Source of the DNA: Lama guanicoe | Taxonomy: Eukaryota | Assembly: GCA_013239625.1 (NCBI GenBank) | Contig: MU056050.1 | Location: 4,339,115-4,403,114, forward strand | Length of the DNA: 64,000 bases | Reading direction: 5' to 3' | Shown here: piece by piece, positions 1 to 11,314 of the stretch | How positions within the stretch are numbered: the first letter of the stretch is position 1 | How the letters are laid out: every line of letters begins with the position of its first letter | Position numbers and translations under genes: made by a program | The notes under the pieces: model-generated | Told to the model about the DNA's origin: nothing | Database searches by the model: none | Seen by the model: the letters and a program-made list of their open reading frames with translations, nothing else

Positions 1-355
1 CGGTCAGGGGCTGTGTTCCTGTGCGAAAGGCGGGGGGGGGCGCTCTCCCTCTACCTGCGCCACAGGTAGCTCCGCTGCTCTGTGGGGCTGGGCTCTGCCC
101 TGGTCGGCACTCCGCCCTCGGCGCTCCGCAGGTGGGCTCGGGGAAGACGGAGGGACAGCCTCGTCCCTGCTCCCAGCCAAGACCCAGCTCCTTGTTTGTC
201 TTTGTGGAACAAGTTCTCTGAGGGACCAGGATGGAAGGATCCCACCTGCCCCGGGCTGTAGGCCCGTCTCAGTCTGGCCCTTGAGGCTGCTGAGCCCTTC
301 GGTGCGGATGCAGGTTTCGCCCCCGCCCCCGCCTGGGTGCTAAGCGCCGGAGAAT

Positions 356-649
356 ATGGCGGCTGTGCCTGGCCCCGCCTCTCTTCCCCTGAAAAGTTCC
401 CGCGGGTTTTCAGAGATGGGGGTATGCACCCTTCCCCCGAGAGCACATCAACCCCGCTGCTTTATGGAGGGCCCAGGTTGTTCTGTCCTGTACACCCACA
501 GCCCCGGCACCCAGCCCCTTGCAGTCCCCCGGAGCTACCTCCGTGCAGCTGCCCCTGTCCTCCGCCGGGCTTGTGCAGCCTGGCCCTGCTCGCCGCTGCC
601 GGCCCGCGTCTCAGGCTGGGTGTCGGGGGAACGCTCTGTGCCCGTTTAA
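356..649 (+). other. Candidate antisense ORF (97 aa) within the L1 5' UTR, ORF0-like in position; coding status unproven
   Basis: ATG at 356 in strong Kozak context (A at -3, G at +4), GC box at about 320-331, internal donor-like GG|GTATGC at 421/422. Confidence 0.25.
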
Positions 650-981
650 CTTAGTTCTGTCAGACAAGGGCTGCTCTGTACAGATCCGAGCCTTGGAGGC
701 TCCCCCTCCGTCCCGCTGGCCTCTCAATTGGAGAGGGGAGACCCAGGGAGTGAGCGCCAGTCCTCCTTTGCCGCTCCCTCCCCGCGGGACCCGTCCCGCG
801 CTGCTTTGCCTTTTGTTCTTTCTTTTTTCCTTTTCTCCTACCAGATTTTTGGCATCTTTATCTTTTGAAGAGGGCGATGATCTGTCGGAGTTCCGCAGAT
901 GCTCTGGTTGGCTGAGTGAGTCTGTAGATGTGGAACTTGGTGTATTTGTGGGAGAGGGTGACTTACAAGCGTCCTTCTACT

Positions 982-992
982 CCGCCATCTTG
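982..992 (-). promoter_or_regulatory. YY1 binding motif at the L1 5' end
   Basis: CAAGATGGCGG on the minus strand, about 10 nt inside the element start, the conserved position in mammalian L1 promoters. Confidence 0.75.
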
Positions 993-3900
993 CCTCTTCT
1001 CCAGATTTATTTTTGACAGTCATTTTCTTCCACTGAGAGATAGTCCTAGGTAGAGCCAGTGGGCTACATACAGTACAGTCAGAAAGGTTCACAGAACACC
1101 AAAGTTAAAAATAAAAGAAAAAAAGAGCTGATTATTTTTTACTTGCCCTGAAAGTGAGATGCACGTGTTTAGTTTCACCTGTATGTACAAGTTTGATATT
1201 CCATAACTGTTTCCAAAAATTGAATCAAGTAAAGTATTTATGATATTGCCTATTCAGTCATTCTTTTAAGTTTTTTCCAATCTAAGTCAAATATTTTAGT
1301 TTTAAGAGTAAATATGAAATCAAAGTAAATAGAATTAAGGAAAAGAAAACTGTTAGGGTAGTGTTTTCTGAAGTTTATTTTAAATGTGAGAACCAGGATT
1401 TTAGCTATCAGAAATGGCTCCTATTAAAATGCATCCTATCCATTCATCTAATGTCTTCTTGATTATTTACTGAAGCACATTATTTTAATCATTCTCTTTG
1501 AATCACTTTTACGACCAAAATAATAAAAAGTATAAAAATATTAACTGTTAAAGGACAAATTATATGCTCTGAAGCAAATTTCAAAATAACGAACACTGTT
1601 TTAATATTCCTTAGAAGTGGTAATACATTTTAATTAGTAATTGTATTATTTTAGAGGGCTATTTGAGTCCTTAGAATATTAGAGCATCATATTTCTCTAA
1701 TGAGGATAAATTGAGAGGGGGAAAGAGTTACCATTGCCTAGAGAACAGTACTATATAATAAAAATGACTGAATCCATGTAGTAGCTAGGATCGCTATGTA
1801 CAGATTATTCTGTAATGCATAATGGTTGTAAAACATTCAAATGGTATAAAGAAAGTGGAATTTCTACCATAACTCCACCACCTAATAGCAATAATCACCA
1901 TTAAGAATTAGCCGTGCATCCTCTTAGCATTTTTATTCATATATAAACATACATGTATACATTTTACATAGGTAAAATTATACCACGTGTAGCAATTCCT
2001 CAATTTACTCATTTTATTTTTTATATTTCCTTTTTTCTTATTAAGTAAATAATTCATGTGCATTATAAAGACATTTATAAGAAATCTATTATGTGAATTT
2101 GGAAATTATCCTGTAATCTTGATAACTATTTTTAACAGCTTATTATACATTTTCCATAAATATATGGATGCATATGTATTTTTTTTCCTTTAAATATCAT
2201 ATTTGGCTCATTATGGACATCTTTTCATTTCAGTAAATGTAGATTTTCTTTTTCTTTTAGGTTTATAGTGTTCCATTTACCTCTATGCTGTATTACATTT
2301 ATTGAATTCCCTATTTACAAATATTTAGACTGCTATCAATATTTACTATTACAGATGAGGCTGTATTCAACATCTGGATAAATAAGGATATAAGGACATT
2401 AACTGCAGTGTTTGTAATTGCATGTGTGTGTGCGTGTAATCCTTGCATAGCTCTATGAGTGCCAAGGGGATCAAATTGGACAGTACCGCCTCTGTAGGCC
2501 AAAGCCTTGGCTATTTGCCATGTGACAATGCTTCTTATATATGCGAACATAAGGACTTAGTAAACCGTCAGCAGTAAAGCTTAGCATAGCAAAATTTAGA
2601 TATTTATAAGTCCTAGGAGATAATTTATAAAAAGAGAAGGGAAAGACAGCATTCGATATTTGAGAATCTTCACATGCTTAAGACTTCGTAACATTACTGT
2701 TAGCAAGCAAAAGAAGTTTGCCCCTCAGTGTTCCCACGGATAGGTTGAAGTTTTCATTGGATGTTTTCTTAATCATTCTGCATATAAGGAAGTGTTTCAG
2801 GGCACTGAAAGAAGGTGACATACTGAGCAAATTGTGTCCCATTGCTCAGATATGGAAAGACATCTTATTCTCTGCCTCTCATAAGACGAGAGTATAAAGT
2901 ATGCAGTGATTACATTAGCTCTTGTCCAAAAGAAAAAAGAATCACACCAGAAAAGGTCTGAAAAACCCTGAGGGCAATATCTGATTATTACTTACTGTTA
3001 TACTGAGTATATATTTAGAAATAACTAATTTGGGGGGAAAATCCATCTGATTAATGTCTGTTTCTTCAAGTTTTGAATCTTTGACTCACTGTCTTATAAA
3101 TATAACCTACTGTTTAATTTTTGGCCTGGAAAAAAAAAGGAGGCTCTTACTTCAACTTTGGTCAGTCATCCCCCAAAACAGTGACTATTTCCATAGGAGA
3201 AAATTCCTAGAAGTAAAATTGCTTGAACCAAGGAATTTGTATGTAATCACCTCAGCTTTCTTACTTGGAGATGGACAATCTCTGTTGTACATACACTTCA
3301 CTCTCTAGATTTGAACTTGCTTTCTATTTTTTAATGCCCAGATTCCTACAGCTTACAGTTGTGGTCAACATAAAGTAGATATATGTGAAATGCTTTGAAA
3401 ACTGCGAAGTTCTGTATCGATGTAACATGCACTTTAGTTAATTAAGTGATATCTTTGCACATGAGGGCAGTGACTATATCTGCATAATTTTCTTTTATCC
3501 AGAACCTAGCATGGTTTCCTTATTATGATGCTGTTGTTGAAATAATGTAATATATGTCATGGTTTAGTTATCCAGTGGTAAAATCTGTATATAATTCATA
3601 TCAATTGAGCTGCCTAAAACAATATTATCAGCTTGACTAAACCCTATAAACAGCAATCAGGAAGACATGTGTTCCCAATATAACTTCCCAAGGCCTCTGC
3701 TCATCTATCTCATTGCTTGTTTCACCTCAAGGGCAGCCAAGAAAACTCATTTGGACTCATAGTCTAGAACTTGAAAGGTAACTTTCCAGTTAAGTAAATA
3801 CTAGATAAAATAAAACAATTGGAGAAAATACCTAGAGAAGGGATGCCTTTGGGATTTGAAATGCATAATAATATGAAATAATAATTATAACAATGACATT

Positions 3901-4260
3901 TACCTGAATTAGTTCATTCATAGTGAGGAATAAATGACAAACAATTCCAAGAGAGAACCACAATGGCTGTATGTACACAGGCCAGGTAGAAATAATTCAA
4001 CTTGAAAATATTTTGGAGGACTGGTTTCTTTGGTTTCCATACTTATATGCATAATTCTCATAAGACAACTGCAAAAATGTGACTGTAAAGGGAAGCGTTT
4101 TTGTTCCTTAAACATATAAATCAGCTTATTCACACATCATCAATTGTTCTGATTATTTCTTCAGAGGATCCCTGGTTGCCAACCCAGGCAACTAACCAAA
4201 GAACAGATGAGGAATAAAAACAGCTACCCCCTCAGTTCTTTTTTTTTTCAATAGTAATCA

Positions 4261-4402
4261 TTTTTTTTAATTGAAGTGTAATTGATTTACAATGTTAGTT
4301 TCAGGTGTACAGCAAAGTGATTCAGTTATACATATACACACATACATATTTTCTTGTCAGATTCTTTTCCATCATTTGTTATTATAAGAAATTGAATATA
4401 GT
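4261..4402 (-). mobile_element. LINE-1 3' terminal fragment (cetartiodactyl type)
   Basis: T-run then TTGAAGTGTAATTGATTTACAATGTTAGTTTCAGGTGTACAGCAAAGTGATTCAG, reverse complement of the L1 tails at 24600 and 33345. Confidence 0.8.
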
Positions 4403-5199
4403 CATTTTAATTTGCATTCCTAAGCCCACGCCATATTACAGTCTCTCAAGAAGCACTATTTCAGTTGTACAGAAGTTCTAAAGTAGCCTGTGAAAGTGGA
4501 CATTACCATATCCTCTCCTGCGGAACTCATCTATTTCCCAAAGAAGTGGTGTGATCATATTCGTCCAGGTCCCTTTGCTTCTAATGTCCCTGCCTGTCAG
4601 AGGGTCACATGGTAACTCAACTCAGCTACCAACTCTGACATCTCTTCCCTAGCATTTTCCTTTCCCCAGAATGATTGTACTTTACTGCGGGAGTGAACCA
4701 GAAGCACAGTGCTTTCCATTTAGGAATTGTCATTTTTAGTACATTTTAACCTTTTCTACATGAATTAAAGCATTAATGAGGTATTCAGGAGAGATGTAGC
4801 AAGTAAAATTGAAGTCAATTCTTTCCCCAAATAACATTTATATTCACTCTAGGTTAAATCAAAGACAATATGTTAATATTTAATTCCTCGTGACATAAGT
4901 AGGAAATAAGAAAGAAATACTAATCAAAGGTGTGATCTTTAAAGAAGAGTCACATATTTGCCTTTATGAATAAGTTGGAGGGGTGGGGAAAGAGCTACTT
5001 AAGCAATTTTGTGTAAGTCAACCTAAAACGTAAAAAAAAATTCAGTTGCATTGAAATATTAATGAATACCTGTAAGAATGCAAAACACACTATGATTCTA
5101 TCCAGTGAGGAACGTCAGAAAATGTCAGGAGGTCAACCTTCTTTTATAAATGTTCTTAGAGTCATCTGTAACCACTGTCAAAGGTATAGTCACTTCCAC

Positions 5200-7220
5200 C
5201 TGTGTTCTTGATCTCTTCCCTAGTAGTTCCCCCAGGACTTCTCTCCATCAATTATCTGCTCTTCTTTCTCTCCTTTCAGTCTCTGCATTTTTACTGGATA
5301 CTTTCCTATAGTCTATACGCACATGCTCAAATGTCAATTATTTTTCAACAAAGATAAGGGGGGAAGCTAAACAGAAACAATAAAATGAAATAAACCCTCC
5401 TTCAAAGAGGCCACTTTTTCTTACTATTTTCACTTCCCTTCCTTTCTTGACTAACCTTTAAAAATCTGTCCTCCCTCACAGTTTCTATATCATCTTGCAC
5501 GCTTCTCCAGGCTACTGTACTCTGACTTCTAACTTTACCACTCTGCTGAACCAGCTTTCATTAAGAATAACTTTCTGGTGTAAAATCTTTTCCTTACCTT
5601 TATTAGCTTCTGGAAAATATATGATGACACTAATGGTTCCTGTCTATCTGAAACTCTTTTCTCCTCAGGTTTCCATAATATTATTCTGTCTTGGTTCTTA
5701 CCCTACTTCTCAGATCATTCCTGCTTAAGCGTATTCAGTGATTCTCTCCCCCCATCCATTCCATCTTTACCCTTAGTTCATTGCCTCACCTTGTGCTTCA
5801 TTCACTGAGATCATAAAAACCATCAGAAGAGAGTTGCATCACTTTCTCACAATCAAATCTACAAACTCACCTGCATCAGTATTCATATTTCTATCTTCTT
5901 CTTCTTATCCTGGAAGAAGTTTATCTTTTCCTACTGAAAGCCAATTAATCACTTCATGCCATGAAGGAAAACCAGAAATGCATATTGTCACTAAAGCCAA
6001 TAGAGAGGAGTATCCTAAGGAGAAGAGAGTGGTTAAATTGGCAAGTATTTTTATTGCACTAGTTACTCCTTTACAGTTTTCTTTATTAGTTCTTCCTATG
6101 TATCCAATCTCAAAATAATGATGTATCTTAATCTTGAATCCCAGGAACTTCAACTCTCCTCTTCTCTTCTCAACTTAAACCTCTCCTCCTTTTAAGTGAT
6201 CTTACTTACCCATGACTGTATGTCTGCTGATGATTTCTAAATTCAAAACTGTAACTTAGAACTTACCCCAGAGCTACAGACATATATAAAACTTTCTACT
6301 TGGCCTCTCCCTTTGGACCACTAGTGGACAAGTCTAACTCAGCCATTGCCAAAACAACACTGTTGATTTCCCACTCACCAATGTGTTCCTTGCCCAGTGT
6401 TCTCCATCTCAGTAAATGAAATCCCCTTCCTCACAGTTACTCAGACCCCAAAGCTACAAATCACTTTTATTTCCCCCTTTTCCTTACCTTCCGTATCAAT
6501 CAGCAAGCTCTGATTTATATCCAGAATCTCTCTATATCCAGAATCTGTGTCAAATCTGTCTGTCTTTCATCTCCACTGAGACTACCTTAAAATGAGACAC
6601 TATCATGTCTCGCATGGAGTATTGTAATAACTTTCTCTTGGTCTTCCTCTTTCACGCTCATGTCCCTCCAATCTCTGTTTTTCAGAGAGCAAACAAGGTC
6701 TTATTTTTATGTATATGTTAGATCATATGACTCCTTTTCTTAAAACTCTTTAATACTTTCCCATTATTCTTAGAATAAAGTCTTAACTATCTCCTTCAGC
6801 CTGCAAGGCTTTATGTGGTCGGACTCCTGCCCACTTCTCCAGTCTCCTCAGATGCTGCTCTTCCTTTTGTTCATCCCATCTAATCTCAAGGTCTTTTCCC
6901 TTGCTCTTCTCTATTCCTATAAAGCTCTTTCCTGGCTTCTTCTCATTCTCCAAGTCTCAGATTCAACACTTTTAAAGCTGTCTTCCTCAGCTAAGTTACT
7001 TGATGGATCTCTCCTCATCTCTACACCCACTGTCATAGTATCCCAATTATTTCCTTATACCCTTTAACACAATTTTGGCTTATGTTTTTATTGATGGGCT
7101 TACAAGTTTAAGGCCTGTCTCACCACAGGGAAGTAAGCCCCATGAAAGCAGGATTGTCTGTCTTATCACTGCTGTATTTTAAGTGCCTCGTGTTGTGCTT
7201 GACTGTTCAGTAAATATTTG
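5200..7220 (+). mobile_element. Degenerate LINE-2 (L2a-like) 3' region, interrupted
   Basis: Pyrimidine-rich L2 hallmarks (TCTCCATCTCAGTAAATG, GTAAGCCCCATGAAAGCAGG) ending in TCAGTAAATATTTG. Boundaries approximate. Confidence 0.65.
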
Positions 7221-7224
7221 GAAA

Positions 7225-7460
7225 GCATATGGCAATGGTCGAGAGCATGAGCTAGGGAAAATTCCTGGTTCCACTTACTGCATGTGTGATTTGGTCAAGT
7301 CACTTAACCTCTCTGAGACTGTTCCTTCATCAGTAAAAGGAAAATAATAATAATAGTATCTATCTTATATGACTGTTATGAAGATTAAGTGAGATTTTCA
7401 TTGTTAAATACTTAGCAGCGAAATTTCAACATAATGAGCATTCAAGAAATATTAATTATT
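7225..7460 (+). mobile_element. MIR SINE
   Basis: Core TGTGTGATTTGGTCAAGTCACTTAACCTCTCTGAG...CTTCATCAGTAAAAGG. Confidence 0.8.
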
Positions 7461-7875
7461 TTTAATTGAATTACTAAGTAACACTGGTTAGGTAAATGTG
7501 GATTTTCCTCATGCACTATTTTGGGCATCTTCTATGCTGTCTCCCTGGAAAATCTTTTATATTCATGGCTTCAATTTCTGCCTATAAGTTAATCCTTCCC
7601 AATGCTGCATATGCATTCTCTGTCCTTGAACATACAAACTCCAGCTGCATACTCAGTATCACCACTTGAACATCCCATATTAAAACCAAACTGAAAGTGT
7701 GAACATGTATGAATCTGAACTCAACACATTCCCCTCACAGTCTGCTTCTTCTGTGATTTGTGTAGTGACCATCTACCCATTTGCTTTAAAGTTAGAAGCC
7801 TTAAAGTCAATCTAGACTTGCATCCTTCCTCAGAAAACCCTGAAGTCCTATCCCATATCCACTATACAGCATGAG

Positions 7876-8417
7876 TGAAGGGTATCACTTTGGCATAAGG
7901 ATTATTTGAGCTGAAAGCAATTGAGAAGAAGCAGATATAAGAAAAATTCTCTGCCCTCCTTCTAGTTGCCAAAACCAGGACATAAATTTGTGAAAGTGTC
8001 TGCACTCCTCTCTCTATCAGGAAGGCCAAATTTAATCACTAGAGACAGCTTTAGACCCTTGTCAGCCTAGAGATGGCACCAGAAGCAGCTCCATAACAAA
8101 CCTTGCTAAAACTATCCTTACCTAACAGTCATTTCCCCATATATTTGCCTCCCATAATTTGCTACCCCTAGAAGCTCAAAGCCCTTTTCCTTTGTCTTGT
8201 CACATCTCTAAAAATGTATAGTTCTTTTGTCAGCATGTTATACAAACCCAAGTTCTAACTACCCCTTTGACTTATCCCATGCATATGTACAATGACACAT
8301 TAGAAAACTTCTGTTTGTTTTGCTCTTGTTAATCTGTCTTTTATTAGTCTAACTTATAGGACCCCAGCCAGAAATACAAGATACGTAGAAGAAAAAGATG
8401 TTTTTTCCTCTTCTACG
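7876..8417 (+). mobile_element. Solo LTR, ERV1 class (MER34-like)
   Basis: Starts TGAAGGG..GATTATTTGAGCTGAAAGCAATTGAG and ends TTTTTTCCTCTTCTAC. Similar to the LTRs at 45137 and 57392. Confidence 0.65.
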
Positions 8418-8481
8418 TACCCAGTGGTATTACAACCTAGTGTCTTTTATTCTTTTCACATTTGGCATTACTAGACTTTAG

Positions 8482-8582
8482 GAGAAAGCTAAACTAGATC
8501 AGCTGAGCATTCCACTGATTTCTAGAACCGTCAACAAGCAATTCGTGTGCAAATACTCTCAAATTACAGCTCCTGGAAATAT
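8482..8582 (+). other. Possible exon in unique sequence; open frame EKAKLDQLSIPLISRTVNKQFVCKYSQITAPGN, product unrecognised
   Basis: TTTAG| acceptor (weak pyrimidine tract), AT|GTAAG donor, 33 open codons. Confidence 0.2.
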
Positions 8583-9075
8583 GTAAGCCTTTTATTTCTT
8601 TTATGACTATTACAGTTTGCAAGTGAAGTATAAAGACAATTAAAGTGAAAATGATGAGTAAATTAGATCCAGATGAAAAAAACAAGTTGGTGAATGAAAG
8701 GAGAGCAATTACATTGACTACATCTCTCTTGTGTCTATAGTTTTCATGCCACTTCACTGGCATTAGAGTGAGGATCAAAATAATATTTCAAAACCAATGT
8801 TTTCTTTTTCTTCATGTGCATTTTTAGTGAACAGAACTTTTAGAACATGAACTTTTTAGAATATGAAGTATTATGTTTGGTCACAGCTCATGACAGCAAA
8901 GAACTCATTAATAGTTGAATTTTAAGGCATGGAAGAAATAGATACAGTGAAATAAAACTACTGCAGATGTAGTGTGCTATTGTCCTATTAACTTTTCTGA
9001 GAGAACCTGTAAAAAATTGTATGATTTAAACAGACTCCATTACCAAATTCATTGCTAAACATTTTTCCTCTGCAG

Positions 9076-9116
9076 ACTGGTTCCCAGTTTAAACAACTTC
9101 TGTGAATGAGGGACAA
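9076..9116 (+). other. Possible short exon
   Basis: Branch-like GCTAAAC, then ATTTTTCCTCTGCAG| acceptor and CAA|GTAAGG donor. Confidence 0.25.
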
Positions 9117-9376
9117 GTAAGGCCTATAAGGAATAGGGGGGACACAAAGTTCATAACACATACCAATTCTATGTGAATCAGATCTTCCAAAGATAATATT
9201 TAATGAGCAATCGTGCCAATGAAGGCATTCGTAAATATCTTCCTCTAACACTACACCAAGCTTAAAAGACACTCAGAGCTAAAGGGTGAACCTGGAAGTG
9301 TTCTCTACCTTTGGACTTTGTGACATCACTATTTCCTGATTTTCCCTTCACTCAACTTTTGTCTTCTCAAACTCCT

Positions 9377-9741
9377 TGTTATGGACTGAGTGTGCACCTG
9401 CCCCAAATTCACATGTTGAAAACCTAATGCCCAATGTGATGGTATTATGTGGTGGGGCCTTTGGGAGATAATTAGGCCATGATGGTGGAATCCTCCTGGA
9501 TGGGATTAGTGCCCTTATAAAAGAGATCCTAGAGATACTTCTTCCCCTCTTTCTACCATGTGAGGACACAGCAAGAAATCAGTAGTCTGAAACAAGGAAG
9601 CACTCTTTCATCGGACACAGAATCTGCCAAGTTCCTTAAACTCTGACTTCTAGCCTCCAGAACTGTGAGAAGTAAATGTTTGTGGTTTGTGCCACTCAGT
9701 CTATGATATTTTTATTACAGCAGCCCAAACTGATGAAGACG
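9377..9741 (+). mobile_element. MaLR solo LTR (MLT1A0-like)
   Basis: TGTTATGGACTG...CCAAATTCACATGTTGAA...GGGATTAGTGCCCTTATAAAAGAG; 5 bp TSD CTCCT at 9372-9376 and 9742-9746. Confidence 0.85.
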
Positions 9742-10569
9742 CTCCTCTAAGGGCTACTCTCCCTTTGTCTGTGTCTTAAATTTAAGTGTTCCCTAGGATG
9801 CAAACCATGGCTGTTTTTGATTCTTAATTTTCTGGGTCATCCAATTGATACTCAGAGCTGATGATTTTCTACCCAAGTCTGTATCTTTAACCTAAATATT
9901 TCTTACAAATTGGTCTAATGGCTTAATATCCATATAGCTATCATACAAAGCCTGTAAATTGGAAATTTCTTTTCTTACCTACAACCTACTTCTTCTCTTG
10001 CACCTGATATTTTTTCATTCACCATACCAATCAGTTACTCAATCCTATTAATTCTACCTCCTAAACTCACTTGAATCTCTTCTTCTTTCTACTGATTTAC
10101 TATTGAGTTATCTCACAGACTTCCCTGACTCCAACATTACTCCCACCCAATACATACCCCTACACTGATGTCAGACAGATAAACAAGATACAAATTACAA
10201 ATCAAAGCATGTCAATCCCTTGTTAAAAATTCACCTGTAATTTCTTAACTGTGGTAGAGGATGGAAGGTTTAAAATATAATGAAAGTCTAAAAGAGTGGC
10301 ATCCAACTCAGCCTGGATGGGAATGGGATTTTGTATATTTTAAATATATATATTAAGTTTAAATCAAGCCATTATTAAATTATTTTTAAAAGAAACAAGT
10401 GAATCATTTAACTAAAAAATTAGAAAAATAATAGAAATGCAGGAAAAATGGCTTAATAAAAACTTAAAAAATAAAGTATATTAAAAAATAAGAAAACATG
10501 AACAATTTAGACAGAAAAATACACCCAAAGGGCAGCACTAAGACAAGCTTACTCAAAAACATCATATAT

Positions 10570-10803
10570 AAAAATACACACACACATATATATATAAGAG
10601 AGACAGAGACAGAGATACAGAGAGAGAGGGACATTGATTTTGATGACTTAGGTCACACAATTATGGAATCTAGCAAGTCTGAAATTTGTAGAGCTGGCTG
10701 ACAAACCGGAAATTCAGGGAAGAGCCTATGTTACATTCTTGAGTCCAAAATCCACAGGACAGGCTAGCTGGCTGAAAACTCAAGGTAGGGTTTCTATGTT
10801 GCA
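10570..10803 (-). mobile_element. MLT2-type ERV-L LTR fragment
   Basis: (CA)/(GA) tract followed by GGTCACACAATTATGGAATCTAGCAAGTCTGAAAT, similar to the reverse complement of the MLT2 at 43377. Confidence 0.6.
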
Positions 10804-10804
10804 A

Positions 10805-11310
10805 TTTTTCCCTCCCCAGCTTTCAGGGGGTATAATTGACTGATAAAATTGTATATATTTAAAGTGTACAAAGTGGCAATTAGACATAAATATACTTAAT
10901 GAAATGATTACCAAAATCTGGTTAATTCACCCATCCATCACCTCACATAGTTATCTTTTTTTATTTTTGTGGTGATAATGCTTATGGTCTACTCTCAGCA
11001 AATTTCAGGAATACAAAACAGTATTACTAACTATAGCCTTCATTAGATCCCCAGAGCTTATTAATTTTATAACTGAAGACAAGTATTTTTTGACCAGAAT
11101 CTCCCTATCTTTCCCACCACATCCCACCTGGTAATCACCATTCTACTTTCTGTTTCAACTTTGACTTTTTTTTTTTTTTCAGATTCCACCTATACATGAT
11201 ATCATATAGAACTTGTCTTTAGCTAGTTTCTTTTAACATAATATCTTATAGTTTAATCCATATTTCTGTTAATGACAGGATTACCTTTTTCTCATGGCTG
11301 AATAATACTC
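10805..11310 (-). mobile_element. LINE-1 (L1MA-like) 3' end
   Basis: CATCACCTCACATAGTTA...CTACTCTCAGCAAATTTCA...AGATTCCAC, the same tail type as at 19626. Confidence 0.8.
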
Positions 11311-11314
11311 GGTG

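Larger units (their letters stand above)
1..1002 (-). mobile_element. 5' UTR (internal promoter) of a young LINE-1, continuing beyond the left window edge
   Basis: Minus strand begins GGAGAAGAGGCAAGATGGCGGAGTAGAAGGACG...TCACCCTCTCCCACAAATACACC...ACATCTAC, followed by an A-rich tract and GGGACGGG..GGGAGGGAGC. This matches the layout I recall for laurasiatherian L1 5' ends (YY1 site just inside the start). CpGs are undecayed. Sequence switches abruptly to AT-rich at 1003, where AGATTTATTTTT/GA resembles an L1 endonuclease site. Confidence 0.8.

Noticed and set aside
1..1000. CpG island as a host gene promoter or first exon
   Set aside because: The minus-strand sequence has the organisation of an L1 5' end with a sharp boundary, and no recognisable host coding exon follows.
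519..1016. 165 aa plus-strand ORF and the other overlapping ORFs in 21-654
   Set aside because: Non-ATG starts, GC-rich stop-poor sequence and a low-complexity F/L/S tract. Only the ATG ORF at 356 was kept as a hypothesis.
6517..6548. Short direct repeat ATATCCAGAATCT x2 (similar micro-duplications at about 8834-8868 and 33198-33221)
   Set aside because: Ordinary slippage-scale duplications with only two units; no array or CRISPR-like structure.
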